64,000 nucleotides of DNA, from positions 2,400,001 to 2,464,000 of the forward strand of contig CAWGRW010000009.1 of the NCBI GenBank assembly GCA_963825135.1. The letters are read 5' to 3'. Source of the stretch: an uncultured bacterium. Lineage in GTDB: Bacteria; Desulfobacterota_D; UBA1144; Nemesobacterales; UBA2774. The position numbers and the translations under genes are program-made. Shown here piece by piece: positions 20,558 through 33,152 of this stretch. Below the pieces are notes generated by a model. That model was not told the origin of the DNA. It did not search any database and was given only the letters and a program-made list of their open reading frames with translations. Positions within the stretch are counted from its first letter, which is position 1; each line of letters begins with the position of its first letter.

Positions 20558-21130
20558 TTACGATAACTCTTCCGGAATGCTCGTGATTCCGGGTTCGAGG
20601 TTCTTGCTTATCTCGTCGATTTCCTTGAGAGTCGGCAGGTCGGACAGGCTCTTGAGGCCGAATACTTCGAGGAATTCCGGGGTCGTGCCGTAAAGGAACG
20701 GCTTTCCTATTACTTCCTTTCTCCCCTTTATTTCGAGAATCCTCCTCTCGAGAAGGGCGTTTATCACCCCCGAAGAATCCACGCCCCTGATGTTTTCGAC
20801 CTCGACCTTCGTGACGGGCTGCTTGTATGCGATTATCGCTATTACCTCGAGCGCCGCGCGGCTGAGCCTGAACTTTTTTACTCGCTTGTTAAAGTTGGTT
20901 ACGTACTCGCTGTAGGCGGGGTCCGTCCTGAACTGGTATCCCCCGGCCACCTCTTCAAGCACTATACCCCTGCCGAGTTCCTCCCAGTCCTGCACGAGCT
21001 CTTTCACGCATTTCTTTATCTCTCCTCTCTCGAGCTCCGTGAATACCTGCTGCAGCTTATCCACAGACACGGGCTGATCGGATATGAAGATAATGCATTC
21101 GATGGCCTTTTTTATCTCAGTAGGTTCCAA
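20558..21130 (-). CDS. scpB: SMC-Scp complex subunit ScpB
   Basis: VAGGYQFRT, LS.AALE..AIIAY.QP.T..E..IRGV and YGTT..FL..FGL..L.DLP motifs. TTG start at 21130 with GGAG RBS. Confidence 0.95.
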   Translation of the reverse strand: MEPTEIKKAIECIIFISDQPVSVDKLQQVFTELERGEIKKCVKELVQDWEELGRGIVLEEVAGGYQFRTDPAYSEYVTNFNKRVKKFRLSRAALEVIAIIAYKQPVTKVEVENIRGVDSSGVINALLERRILEIKGRKEVIGKPFLYGTTPEFLEVFGLKSLSDLPTLKEIDEISKNLEPGITSIPEELS

Positions 21131-21890
21131 TATCGATTTCTCCTGAATATGAGATGAGAATAGGGTATCCGGGAGATTCCTGCACCACCCGGATGTTCTC
21201 CGTCCTCGCGAGCTCAAGGAGCGCGAGGAAAGTCACTATCAGGTCGAATTTAGAAGCGCATTCCTCGAGGACTTCCTCGAATTTGATTATGGCTTTTATC
21301 TTGAGCATTTCGAGCAGATATACGATTTTCTCCTCGATGGTTACGCTTTCGACTTCATAAACTATCTGCTCGGCCCAGAGGTAGCTTCTTTTCCTGTAAA
21401 AATCACGGAACGTTTCGATGAGAGACCAAAGGTCTACGGGTACGAGCTCCACCTCTTCCTCGGTTTCGAAGAGCGAGCTGTCGAATTCCCTCTTGAATAC
21501 GTCTCTTCCCAGGATATCCCCTTCGAGAAGCTCGGAGACGGCGTCCCTGTACCGCTGGTACTCTATGAGCCTCCTGACGAGCTCGGCGCGCGGGTCTATC
21601 TCGTCTTCCTCTATTACGGGTTTGGGTAGCAGCATCTTCGATTTTATCAGGCTCAGCTCGGCCGCGATAACGAGGTACTCTCCCACGACCTGGAGGTCGA
21701 GCTCCTTCATGAGCTCCAGATACTCGATATACTGCTCGGTAATCACCGCGATAGGGATGTCGTAGATATCGACTTCGTTCTTCTTGATAAGGTGAAGGAG
21801 AAGGTCGAGCGGGCCCTCGAACATCCGGGTCTTTATCAGACAGGGCTCATGCTGCTTAAGTGCATCCGCTTCGTGAGTGGTTTCGATCAT
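21117..21890 (-). CDS. scpA: Segregation/condensation protein ScpA
   Basis: FEGPLDLLLHLI, IKSKMLLP, DPR.ELV.RL.EY and TFLALLEL motifs. ATGA overlap with the upstream gene. Confidence 0.95.
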   Translation of the reverse strand: MIETTHEADALKQHEPCLIKTRMFEGPLDLLLHLIKKNEVDIYDIPIAVITEQYIEYLELMKELDLQVVGEYLVIAAELSLIKSKMLLPKPVIEEDEIDPRAELVRRLIEYQRYRDAVSELLEGDILGRDVFKREFDSSLFETEEEVELVPVDLWSLIETFRDFYRKRSYLWAEQIVYEVESVTIEEKIVYLLEMLKIKAIIKFEEVLEECASKFDLIVTFLALLELARTENIRVVQESPGYPILISYSGEIDIGTY

Positions 21891-22573
21891 TTCAGCAATG
21901 TCCCTATTATATCCCAAAGATTGCCGTAATTGTAGCCCGAAAACGCGAGAGTCAGGTACGAGACCGGATACAGGAGATAGTGGAATATTCCTCCGCCGAA
22001 GATGAATAGAGCGAACAGGAGCAGCACCCCGTAAGGCTCGAACTTGCTGTATGCGTATGCGTATTTGTCGGGCAGGAGGCCGTACATGACCCTCGAGCCG
22101 TCAAGCGGGGGGATAGGAATCATATTGAACACGGCAAGGGCGATACCGTAGACCAGGATCAGTATGAGGATTATCGTAACTATCGAATTTATGCCCTCGG
22201 GCTTGATCTGTCCCCCCATCATCTGAGGGATTATGTATCTCAGCAAAATCCCTGCCCCAATCGCCATCGCGAGATTGGAGAGCGGGCCGGCTATAGCGAC
22301 TAATATGGTGTCTTTTTTAGGGTTCTTGAAATACCGGGCGTTAATCGGGACGGGTTTTGCCCATCCGAATCCAACGAGAAACATGAGTATCGTGCCCATG
22401 ATGTCCAGGTGGGCTATCGGGTTGAGCGTGAGCCTTCCCTGGAGCTTCGCCGTGGGGTCTCCCAGCTTGTTCGCCGTCCAGCCGTGGAAATATTCGTGTA
22501 CGGTGAGCGAGAGCAGTATCACGGGGACCTGAATTAAAAGGAAGTCTATGTTTTTGAGGAAGTCGAAATTCAT
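21887..22573 (-). CDS. Site-2 protease family (M50) membrane metalloprotease
   Basis: HEYFH, GRLTLNP, AGPLSN and FNMIPIPPLDG motifs. Confidence 0.92.
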   Translation of the reverse strand: MNFDFLKNIDFLLIQVPVILLSLTVHEYFHGWTANKLGDPTAKLQGRLTLNPIAHLDIMGTILMFLVGFGWAKPVPINARYFKNPKKDTILVAIAGPLSNLAMAIGAGILLRYIIPQMMGGQIKPEGINSIVTIILILILVYGIALAVFNMIPIPPLDGSRVMYGLLPDKYAYAYSKFEPYGVLLLFALFIFGGGIFHYLLYPVSYLTLAFSGYNYGNLWDIIGTLLK

Positions 22574-22628
22574 GTGGGCAGGGATAAAACTCCGTTTCTC
22601 CTAGTAATATACTCTAATCGTGGAGGAT

Positions 22629-23516
22629 TTACGATCTCGGGTGATATTTTTTATGAACCGCCTTTAGTCTCTCGCTCTCGACGTGAGTATATATCTGGGT
22701 CGTGGATATGTCCGAGTGGCCGAGCATGATCTGTATCGCCCTCAGGTCGGCGCCCCTCTCGAGCAGGTGAGTCGCGAACGAGTGCCTGAGGGTATGGGGG
22801 CTGATATTCTTGACGATCCCCGCTTTAAGGGCGTAATGTTTTATAATCTTCCAGAAGCCCTGGCGCGTCATGCCCCTGCCGAGTCTCGTAACGAACAGCG
22901 CTTTAGCGTCCCGGGTCTTGAGCATCGCGGGTCTCGATGTACCCAGGTATTCGAGGAGCTTATTCCTGGCTTTGTCCCCCATGGGCACTATTCTCTCCTT
23001 CGACCCCTTGCCGTAAACGACGACGAAGCCGAGCTCGAAATTCACGTCGTTCAGCTTTAACCCTATGAGCTCCGATACCCTGATCCCTGTCGCATAAAGG
23101 ACTTCGAGCATGGCCGCGTCCCTGAGCCCCTCAGGCGCCGATTCGTCGGGAGCCGAGAGGAGCCTCTCGACCTCGTCGAGCGTTATGACGCCCGGGATCC
23201 CTTTTTTCATTTTCGGGGTCCGTACGTGGGCCGCGGGGTTTTCTTCGATCAATTTTTCCATCAGCAGGTACTTGAAGAACTGCTTTAGGGACACGATGCT
23301 TCTTACGACGGTAGTCGCGTTAAAACCCTTGTCTTTAAAGTGCGAAAGGTAATCAAGTATATGACTGTATTTGATGTCTCCGGCGGAACCCGGTCCGTGT
23401 TCATCCATGAAACGGATGAATTTCCTTACGTCCCTGCCGTAGGATTCCAGCGTGTTTTCGGAAAGCCCTTTTTCAACCGCAAGGTAGGAAAGAAAGGAAT
23501 CGAGCAAGGCGTCCAT
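22629..23516 (-). CDS. xerD: Site-specific tyrosine recombinase XerD
   Basis: LYATGIRVSEL, GKGSKER, HTLRHSFATHLL, LGHSDISTTQIYTH and a C-terminal HPR. Confidence 0.93.
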   Translation of the reverse strand: MDALLDSFLSYLAVEKGLSENTLESYGRDVRKFIRFMDEHGPGSAGDIKYSHILDYLSHFKDKGFNATTVVRSIVSLKQFFKYLLMEKLIEENPAAHVRTPKMKKGIPGVITLDEVERLLSAPDESAPEGLRDAAMLEVLYATGIRVSELIGLKLNDVNFELGFVVVYGKGSKERIVPMGDKARNKLLEYLGTSRPAMLKTRDAKALFVTRLGRGMTRQGFWKIIKHYALKAGIVKNISPHTLRHSFATHLLERGADLRAIQIMLGHSDISTTQIYTHVESERLKAVHKKYHPRS

Positions 23517-23535
23517 AATTCTACATTCTACAACA

Positions 23536-25997
<2,462 letters not shown>

Positions 25998-26211
25998 GCT
26001 AATATCCTTATTATGAGCGGGAATTGTTCAATAAGAGCGCATATGGTAAATAGTTTTGAGGGGTCTGTCAAGAAACCCGCCCGTATACCGGGGGAGACGA
26101 ACCCGCGCGAAAATGGGGACGGATGCCCCCTTTTCACACCCGGGCCCGGGCATGGTATAATCCGTTCCCTGAATTAGAAGGACAACTCTGCTGTTCGAGG
26201 AAAGTGATAAA

Positions 26212-26883
26212 ATGAAGAAATTGATAGCGCCTTCCATATTATCGGCCGATTTTACGAGGCTCGGGGAAGAGGTAAGGGCGATAAAGGAGGCGGGCGCCGA
26301 CTGGATACACGTCGACGTAATGGACGGCCACTTCGTCCCCAATATCAGCATCGGGATACCCGTAGTCGAAGCGCTCGGCAAGGTCGATCCCCCTCCGATG
26401 GACATACACCTTATGATAGACAACCCGGACGAGTTCGCGGAGAGGTTCATCGACGCGGGCGGGGATGCCGTAGTCGGCATTACGGTTCAATACGAGACCT
26501 GCAAGCTCCTTTACAGCACGGTGTCCAGAATAAAATCGAGGGGAGTGAACGCCGGTATAGCCATTAATCCCACGACGCCGCTCTCCGTCCTCGACGAGGT
26601 CTTCGAGTACGCCGACATGATACTGGTAATGACGGTCGAGCCCGGGTTCCCGGGGCAGAAGTTCATCCATTCCATGGTGCCGAAGGTAAAGAGGCTCCGC
26701 GAGAAGATAGACGGCTCCGGGCATAAGCCGCTGATCGAGGTCGACGGAGGCATAAAGCTCGATAATATCAGGCTCATCGCCGGGGCGGGCGCGGACGTTA
26801 TCGTCTCCGGCTCCGGTATCTTCCAATCTTCGAGCTACTCGGAGACCATGGAGCTCATGCGGAAAGAGATTAAGGGCCTGTGA
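26212..26883 (+). CDS. rpe: Ribulose-phosphate 3-epimerase
   Basis: APSILSADF, HVDVMDGHFVPN, DIHLM and EVDGGI motifs. Confidence 0.96.
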   Translation: MKKLIAPSILSADFTRLGEEVRAIKEAGADWIHVDVMDGHFVPNISIGIPVVEALGKVDPPPMDIHLMIDNPDEFAERFIDAGGDAVVGITVQYETCKLLYSTVSRIKSRGVNAGIAINPTTPLSVLDEVFEYADMILVMTVEPGFPGQKFIHSMVPKVKRLREKIDGSGHKPLIEVDGGIKLDNIRLIAGAGADVIVSGSGIFQSSSYSETMELMRKEIKGL

Positions 26884-27074
26884 CGGATGCGCGGAGCCGA
26901 CAATTGATCCGGAGATCCGGCCAATATCCGGTTTCATTTTTCAGAAATGCTTGAGAAAGAAAGGCTGTCCGGCGTCTCCTTTGATCGCATTGACCAGGCC
27001 GAAAATATATCGATAATTTGCCCGATCTGCCGTCGTCATTGTATTCAGACTCTAAAATCTTTAATCTATTATAT

Positions 27075-29021
27075 ATGGATAAAGACAAAGTCCCTTTTAA
27101 GGGCATTCAGGAAAACGAGGCGATCAGGGCGATTTTAGAGGGGACGTCAACCGATACCGGCCGTGACTTCTTTATCTCCCTCGTCAAAAATCTCTCCAAG
27201 GTGCTCAACACTCACGGCGCCATGGTTACCGAGTATCTTGAGGAAGAAGGACGGCTCAGATCCATAGCCTGTGTAATCGGGGATCAGCGCCTTAAAGAAT
27301 TCGATTATTCGCTCGCAGGCACGGCGTGTGAAACGGTGGTTCTCGAGAAACGCCTGGTGTACGTCCGCGAGAGACTCTTCAGCGAGTATAAGGGCAACCC
27401 GGATCTCAAGGATTTCCCCAAAGAGGGAATCGTCAGTTATCTGGGTTATCCGTTCGTGGACGTGGACGGGAGGATATTGGGACATATTTCGGTGCTTGAC
27501 AAGGACCCGATTCCTGAAGACGTGCGGGTATTCAATGTATTCAGGATATTCGCTAATCGCGGGACCGCCGAAATGCAGCGGCTGCGCGCTGAGAAAAAAA
27601 TCCTCGAGAGAGAAGATAAGCTGAGGAGGCTTTTCGACAGCGCCATGGACGCGATAATCGAGTTCGATAAGGACCTTAAAGTCACGAGGATCAACCCCGC
27701 TGCATCCCGGTTGTTCGGATACGATAGCGACAGGGTGCTGGGCAGATTGTTCGGCCTTCTCCTCAACAAGGAAAGCAGCGTGAAACTCATCCGTCTCACC
27801 GAGTTCCTTAACGAAAAACCCGAGGGGGAGAAATTCATCTGGATACCCGAGGGTCTCAGGGCCGTAAACGAAAGGGGGGAGGAGTTCCCTGCCGAAGCCA
27901 CTCTTTCCGGTTTCGAGATTGGAAGCGAACGCTTCTACACGCTGATTTTGCGGAACGTGAACGAGAGGCTCCTTGCGGAGAATAAGATCAGGTCCCTGAC
28001 GCTCGAATCGGAATATCTGAAAGAGGAGCTGAAATCCCTCACGGAATCAGTGGGCATAATCGGCGACAGCGAGCCCTTGCTGAGGGTCCTCGAAGACGTG
28101 AAGAGCGTCGCCGGCACGGAAGCGACCGTTATGATCCTGGGCGAGACTGGTACGGGAAAGGAGCTCATAGCCAGGTCCATCCATTCCTCCAGCCGGCGCT
28201 CGGACAAGCCGTTCGTAAAGGTGAACTGCCCGGCGATACCCGCGAACCTGATCGAGAGCGAGCTCTTCGGTCACGAGAGGGGCGCTTTCACCGGGGCTAC
28301 GAACAAGAGAGAGGGACGGTTCTCAATCGCCGACGGAGGAACGATTTTTCTTGACGAAATAGGCGAGCTGTCCATTGACCTTCAGTCAAAGCTTCTCCGT
28401 GTGCTTCAGGAAGGCGAGTTCGAGCCCGTAGGAAGCTCCAAAACCGTAATGGTCGATGTCCGGGTGATAGCGGCGACTAACCGGGACCTGTTAAAGGAGA
28501 TTGCCGAGGGACGGTTCAGGGAAGACCTCTACTACAGGCTCAATGTATTCCAGATCGAGCTACCCCCGCTCAGGGAACGCGCCGGGGATATAGAAAAACT
28601 CGCGAGCGCATTCATGGACAAATATGCAAAGAGAAACGGGATAGCCCTGAGCCCGCTCTCCGCAGGTGACCTCGCGCGTCTCAAATCGTATCCCTGGCCG
28701 GGGAATATCAGAGAGCTTCAAAATGTGATAGAGCGTGCGGTTATAACGGCGGCTGACGGGAGATTGGATCTCGAAAGGGCGCTGCCCGCGTCCCGGGACA
28801 TCGTCAGACCTGCCCCGGAGACAGGATTGGGGGATGATGAAAGCATCGTGCTTTCGGAGAGGGAATTAAAAGAGCTGGAAAGAAAAAATATCTTGCGCGC
28901 CCTCGAGAAGACGGGCTGGAAAGTGGCCGGTAAAGACGGTGCCGCCGCGATTCTCGGCATACCGACGTCTACGCTCAATTCGAAAATAAAGTCTTTCGGC
29001 ATAGACGTTCCATCCAAGTAA
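27075..29021 (+). CDS. Sigma-54 enhancer-binding protein (GAF-PAS-AAA+-HTH, FhlA-like)
   Basis: [34 protein letters not shown] and WPGNIREL motifs. GAF-like and PAS N-terminus. ATG at 27075; the ORF is open from 27018. Confidence 0.93.
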   Translation: MDKDKVPFKGIQENEAIRAILEGTSTDTGRDFFISLVKNLSKVLNTHGAMVTEYLEEEGRLRSIACVIGDQRLKEFDYSLAGTACETVVLEKRLVYVRERLFSEYKGNPDLKDFPKEGIVSYLGYPFVDVDGRILGHISVLDKDPIPEDVRVFNVFRIFANRGTAEMQRLRAEKKILEREDKLRRLFDSAMDAIIEFDKDLKVTRINPAASRLFGYDSDRVLGRLFGLLLNKESSVKLIRLTEFLNEKPEGEKFIWIPEGLRAVNERGEEFPAEATLSGFEIGSERFYTLILRNVNERLLAENKIRSLTLESEYLKEELKSLTESVGIIGDSEPLLRVLEDVKSVAGTEATVMILGETGTGKELIARSIHSSSRRSDKPFVKVNCPAIPANLIESELFGHERGAFTGATNKREGRFSIADGGTIFLDEIGELSIDLQSKLLRVLQEGEFEPVGSSKTVMVDVRVIAATNRDLLKEIAEGRFREDLYYRLNVFQIELPPLRERAGDIEKLASAFMDKYAKRNGIALSPLSAGDLARLKSYPWPGNIRELQNVIERAVITAADGRLDLERALPASRDIVRPAPETGLGDDESIVLSERELKELERKNILRALEKTGWKVAGKDGAAAILGIPTSTLNSKIKSFGIDVPSK

Positions 29022-29058
29022 TCAAATCCCGAAAAAGAACCATTAATTCACCTAATTC

Positions 29059-29092
29059 ATAGCGGGAATTCGCTATAAACGAAAATCCGCTA
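29059..29092. promoter_or_regulatory. Candidate bEBP upstream activating sequence
   Basis: Palindrome ATAGCG-N6-CGCTAT (29059-29076) and a second CG-N6-CGCTA copy (29080-29092), about 70-100 bp upstream of the -24 element. Confidence 0.55.
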
Positions 29093-29160
29093 CCGATCGG
29101 ACAACCTCGATAATGTCATAACTCTCTGTCATTCCAGCGATATATAGCACGAGCAGGACT

Positions 29161-29175
29161 TGGCACGACTGTTGC
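29161..29175 (+). promoter_or_regulatory. Sigma-54 (-24/-12) promoter
   Basis: TGGCACG-ACTG-TTGC is an exact match to the TGGCACG-N4-TTGC consensus, 40 bp upstream of the ATG at 29215. Confidence 0.88.
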
Positions 29176-29214
29176 GCTTATAGCCTGTAACAAAATCAAA
29201 CGGAGGTTAGTGCA

Positions 29215-29475
29215 ATGAAGAAGTTAATCACAGTCACGGCATTAGGGTTATCGCTCGGTTTTTCAGCCCTTTCATACGCTTCGGACTATATGGACCTTTA
29301 CACAGGCGGTCCCGCGGTCAATGAAGTGAAGAGTGAGACGAAAGGCGGGGAAGTAGAGACGAGCCCGATGAGCTTCTACCTGAGCCCTGTCAAAGTTCAT
29401 GATAACGAATCTTTGATCAAGGTTGAGGGGACGGACGATGAGAAAGCTCTTTTCGTGTTCGGCGTCGGGATTTAA
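29215..29475 (+). CDS. Small secreted hypothetical protein (86 aa)
   Basis: GGAGG RBS, a Sec signal peptide (MKK-hydrophobic-SYA), and a position directly behind the sigma-54 promoter. Confidence 0.8.
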   Translation: MKKLITVTALGLSLGFSALSYASDYMDLYTGGPAVNEVKSETKGGEVETSPMSFYLSPVKVHDNESLIKVEGTDDEKALFVFGVGI

Positions 29476-29556
29476 CTGTGCGGTAAAGGGGAGGGAGTCA
29501 AATACAAAAATGACTCCCGCGCCCCGGGTAAACATCAAATAAAAAAGGAGAAAGTC

Positions 29557-30378
29557 ATGAGAGTCATACCGAATATAGACACGATCAAATCCAAAATGAG
29601 GGATGCATGGAACGCCGGGGATTACGGCAGGTTCGCGACCTATATGGAACCGGGGGCAGTGGAGATACTGAAGGGATGGCACATACAGCCCGGGCGCACC
29701 ATGCTGGATGTAGCCTGCGGAGCGGGACAGATTTCGATCCTCGCTTCCATGGCGGGTATCAACGTTACCGGCGTCGACATCGCGCCTAACTCGCTCGCCT
29801 CTGCGCGGGCACGTGCGGCGAGGGAAGGGCTGGATACAAAATTCGACGAAGGGGACGCCGAGTGTCTCCCGTATGCGGATGAGTTTTTCGATGTCGTAAC
29901 CACACTCGTGGGCGCCATGTTCGCCCCGCAGCCTGAAAAGGTGGCCCGGGAATTCATCAGGGTTTGCAAGCCCGGAGGCAGGATGCTGATGGTCAACTGG
30001 ACCCCCGAGGGATTTGTCGGACAAATGTTCAAGACCCTCGGCAGATACGTCCCGCCCCCGTCCGATGTGCCTTCGCCGCTCCTCTGGGGCAACGAAGAGG
30101 TCGTTAAAGAACGGTTCGGACATTCGGTGAGCCATATAATCCTCACAAAGAAATACTATCCCTTATGGGATTATCCTTTCGATGTGCCGGAGGTCGTTCA
30201 GTTCTTCTTCGATAACTACGGACCTACGAATAAAGCGATAAATGTGCTCGACGAAACGGGAGGGAAACACCTCAGAACAGATCTGGAGAAAGTATTCTCC
30301 GACTTCAATATCGCGGAGAACGGCACTACCACGCTCTTCGGTGAATACCTGGAAGTGGACGCGATTAAAAAGCAGTAA
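29557..30378 (+). CDS. Class I SAM-dependent methyltransferase
   Basis: MLDVACGAG, GVDIA, GDAE.LPY.D..FDVV and KPGG motifs. AAGGAG RBS. Confidence 0.92.
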   Translation: MRVIPNIDTIKSKMRDAWNAGDYGRFATYMEPGAVEILKGWHIQPGRTMLDVACGAGQISILASMAGINVTGVDIAPNSLASARARAAREGLDTKFDEGDAECLPYADEFFDVVTTLVGAMFAPQPEKVAREFIRVCKPGGRMLMVNWTPEGFVGQMFKTLGRYVPPPSDVPSPLLWGNEEVVKERFGHSVSHIILTKKYYPLWDYPFDVPEVVQFFFDNYGPTNKAINVLDETGGKHLRTDLEKVFSDFNIAENGTTTLFGEYLEVDAIKKQ

Positions 30379-30563
30379 CAGGATTGGATCGGCGCGGGCG
30401 GCCTCGGCCTGAAGGGGCCGCCCGGGTTTCAGGAGCTTGTTATAGGCCTTCACAGGCGCTCGATACGGCAATTTCGGTTAAGCGCCGGATGCGGACACTC
30501 GGACCTCCTTCCGGATTGATATCTTCCCGTTTAAGCATAATTGGTTACAATAAAATACGACCC

Positions 30564-31205
30564 ATGGACCGCGGATCCGACTACATCAAAGAAATCGAAT
30601 CGTATTATCTGACTCTGGCGGGGGAGGGGATAATGCTCTCCCCGATCGATTACAATATCATCCGGGAATGGAAAAAGAGGGAGATACCGAGGGAGGTCGT
30701 CCTCATGGGTATAAACAGGGCCTTTTCCGAGAGCGGCATCAAGGGCGCGCCCGGCTCCCCGAGGAGCCTCAAGCACTGCGCGGGCTTCGTGGAGAAGTGC
30801 ATCGAGGAATACGGCCCTCCTGCCGGAGAGAAGAAATCGAGGCGGAAGGATGCGCCGGGCGGCGCGGATATGGAAGTCTCCGAGCGGCTCGAGAGTCTCA
30901 TACACGACGCGAAGGCCCCGGCCGTCAGGGAGTACTATATAAAGCTCCGAAAAAAGGTGCTGAGTCTCGACAGGGCGGAAGGCGCCAACTACGTTTCAGG
31001 CGTCACGGGGCTCGAGAAAGAGTCTCTCGAAGAGTTTTTCCTCGGGCTTCCCGATAAAGAGAGGCAAAAAATAAGCTTAGAAGCGGAGAAGATTATAAAA
31101 GACAGGTCCCGCTACATGACGAAGAGCGCGTACGAGGAGAGCCTCGTCTCGTTCAGGAACGAGATCCTTGGTAAAAAGTACGGAATAAAGTGTATAATCT
31201 CCTGA
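30564..31205 (+). CDS. Hypothetical protein with DnaD/DnaB_2-like N-terminal domain
   Basis: LSPIDY..I.EW....IP.EVV..GI..AF.....SL..C...VE resembles the DnaD-domain pattern. It sits 13 bp upstream of a DnaC-like ATPase. Confidence 0.6.
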   Translation: MDRGSDYIKEIESYYLTLAGEGIMLSPIDYNIIREWKKREIPREVVLMGINRAFSESGIKGAPGSPRSLKHCAGFVEKCIEEYGPPAGEKKSRRKDAPGGADMEVSERLESLIHDAKAPAVREYYIKLRKKVLSLDRAEGANYVSGVTGLEKESLEEFFLGLPDKERQKISLEAEKIIKDRSRYMTKSAYEESLVSFRNEILGKKYGIKCIIS

Positions 31206-31218
31206 AAGGCGCTATAAA

Positions 31219-32043
31219 ATGACTAAGAACAGAGGAACCGTCGGCTGTGATGACTGTCACTGGTCGGGGTTCGTGGTAAAGAATAAGGGAAATTTTGCGG
31301 CGGCCGCCCTCTGCGCGTGCGTCCTCGAATGTAAAGAGTGCGGGGGGACGGGGAATGTGCTTTTAACGAACGAGAAGGGCTATTCGTATATCTCTCCGTG
31401 CCCGTCCTGCGGCGTAGTCAGAAGGAACGTAAGGCTCTATAACGCGGCGGGGATTCCTGCCAAATATTCGCACGTTCTTCAGGTGGACGCGGGTCTCGTG
31501 CCCACCCATATCAACAGGCATCTGCAAATGGCGCTTAAGTATGCGAAGGAAGAGTTCGTAAAGAAGTACCCAACGAAAAAAGGGTTCCTGCTCATGGGCC
31601 CTTCGGGTCTGGGCAAGACGCATCTGGCGGTGGGGACCATCTCTGAGCTCACGCTTTCCCACGGCGTCAAGTGCGTGTTCAAGGACTTCTTTTACCTCCT
31701 TTCGGAGTTAAAGCAGGCTTATTCCGAAGGGACTCCCGAGAACGAGGTCATCCTCCCGCTTATCGAGACCGAGGTCCTGGTCATAGACGAGCTCGGAAAG
31801 GGGAGGAGCAACGAATGGGAGCTCAACATATTGGACCAGCTCATATCGAAACGGTATAACGCCTCGAAGCAGACGCTGATAACGACGAATTACATCACCA
31901 GGGAAATAGCGAAAGGCACGGGTAATTCCGACGAGATACTGGAAGTGAGGGTAGGGGAGCGCATAGCGTCCCGTCTTTTCGAGATGTGCGAATTGGTTCA
32001 TCTCGAGGGCAGGGATTACAGGAGAGAGAGGAAGAAGGTCTAA
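31219..32043 (+). CDS. DnaC/DnaI/IstB-like AAA+ ATPase with N-terminal Zn finger
   Basis: Walker A GPSGLGKT, Walker B LVIDELG, RY...TLITTN and RIASRL..M.....G.DYR. Several CxxC pairs at the N-terminus. Confidence 0.85.
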   Translation: MTKNRGTVGCDDCHWSGFVVKNKGNFAAAALCACVLECKECGGTGNVLLTNEKGYSYISPCPSCGVVRRNVRLYNAAGIPAKYSHVLQVDAGLVPTHINRHLQMALKYAKEEFVKKYPTKKGFLLMGPSGLGKTHLAVGTISELTLSHGVKCVFKDFFYLLSELKQAYSEGTPENEVILPLIETEVLVIDELGKGRSNEWELNILDQLISKRYNASKQTLITTNYITREIAKGTGNSDEILEVRVGERIASRLFEMCELVHLEGRDYRRERKKV

Positions 32044-33074
32044 AACTTCCAGTGCGGTGAATAATCCTTCTTGACCCTGTCTATTATGAGGTCAGCCCCC
32101 GTGGGTTCTCCGGGTGAATCGCATGGCGTGTGTTTCTTGTCGAGCAGCTCTTCGAGCACTTCCTTGGTCGATATCCATAGCCCGTCCAGGTTGTAGCCCC
32201 CTTCGAGTATGAATACGATTTTCCCTCCCGAGTGTCTCTCCGCAGCGTCCGTGAGGAACCTGGTCATCTTCGCGAACCCTTCGGGCGTGACCTTCATTCC
32301 CCCGAGCGGGTCGTCGTAAAATGTGTCGAACCCCGCCGACACTAGAATGAATTCGGGCTTGTACTGGTCTATGACGGGGCCCAGTATTTCGTTGAAGATT
32401 TTGATGAACTCGTTATCGCCCATTCCCGGAGGGAGCGGCACGTTCACCGTAAATCCCTCCCCCTCGCCGTTCCCCGTCTCCGACGGCCCCCCCGTCCCCG
32501 GGTAGTACGGGTATTGGTGCGTCGAGAAATAAAGCACCTTGGAGGTATCGTAAAACATGTGCTGGGTACCGTTTCCGTGATGTATGTCCCAGTCGACTAT
32601 GAGCACGCGCTCGAACCCTTTTACGTCCGTAAGGTAAGCCCCGCCGACGGCGACGTTGTTAAAGAGGCAGAACCCCATGGCCCTGTCCGCCTCCGCGTGG
32701 TGGCCGGGCGGCCTCACGAGGGCAAAGGCCCTGTCCACTTCGCCCGCGAGCACGCTGTCTATCGAAGAGAGCATCCCGCCCGCCGCCCTCACTGCAGCGT
32801 CGAACGAGACCGCGCACGTGGAGGTGTCGGCGTCGAGGAATACCTTCGGCTTCCCTCTGGTGGATGCCATTTTGTCGTAGTGCCCGGGTGTGTGCACGAG
32901 GGTGATCTCCTCTTTCGTCGCGTCACGCGGGGTGATCATCGATACCTCGTCGAGGAGCTTCGTGTGCTTGAGCATGTCGATAATGGCCAGCAGCCTCTCC
33001 TGGGATTCGGGATGGCCGTACCCGTTGTCGTGATCGACGTATAGCTTATCAAGGACTATTCCGACTTTCCTCAT
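32040..33074 (-). CDS. Histone deacetylase family (AcuC/HDAC-like) amidohydrolase
   Basis: HPE..RL, RPPGHHA, GFCLFNN, DWDIHHGNGT, SAGFD and LEGGY motifs. Confidence 0.93.
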   Translation of the reverse strand: MRKVGIVLDKLYVDHDNGYGHPESQERLLAIIDMLKHTKLLDEVSMITPRDATKEEITLVHTPGHYDKMASTRGKPKVFLDADTSTCAVSFDAAVRAAGGMLSSIDSVLAGEVDRAFALVRPPGHHAEADRAMGFCLFNNVAVGGAYLTDVKGFERVLIVDWDIHHGNGTQHMFYDTSKVLYFSTHQYPYYPGTGGPSETGNGEGEGFTVNVPLPPGMGDNEFIKIFNEILGPVIDQYKPEFILVSAGFDTFYDDPLGGMKVTPEGFAKMTRFLTDAAERHSGGKIVFILEGGYNLDGLWISTKEVLEELLDKKHTPCDSPGEPTGADLIIDRVKKDYSPHWKF

Positions 33075-33152
33075 GATTTTTAAACCCTCTCCGGACGCGG
33101 GTTAAAAGGCTAGCACAGTAACCGTGATTAGACAAAGTCTATCTGCCGCCGT

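Noticed and set aside
21057..21065. Perfect DnaA box TTATCCACA
   Set aside because: A single copy inside scpB coding sequence, which is compatible with chance.
22629..23516. Tyrosine recombinase as a prophage or island integrase
   Set aside because: Its length, motifs and position in the metK-ahcY-xerD-scpAB run indicate the housekeeping XerD.
25998..26211. SAM or SAH riboswitch upstream of metK
   Set aside because: I could not recognise the conserved core motifs on either strand. An Rfam scan would settle it.
31219..32043. IS21 element (IstB-like ATPase)
   Set aside because: There is no IstA DDE transposase and no terminal inverted repeats, and the Zn-finger N-terminus fits the DnaC/DnaI type.
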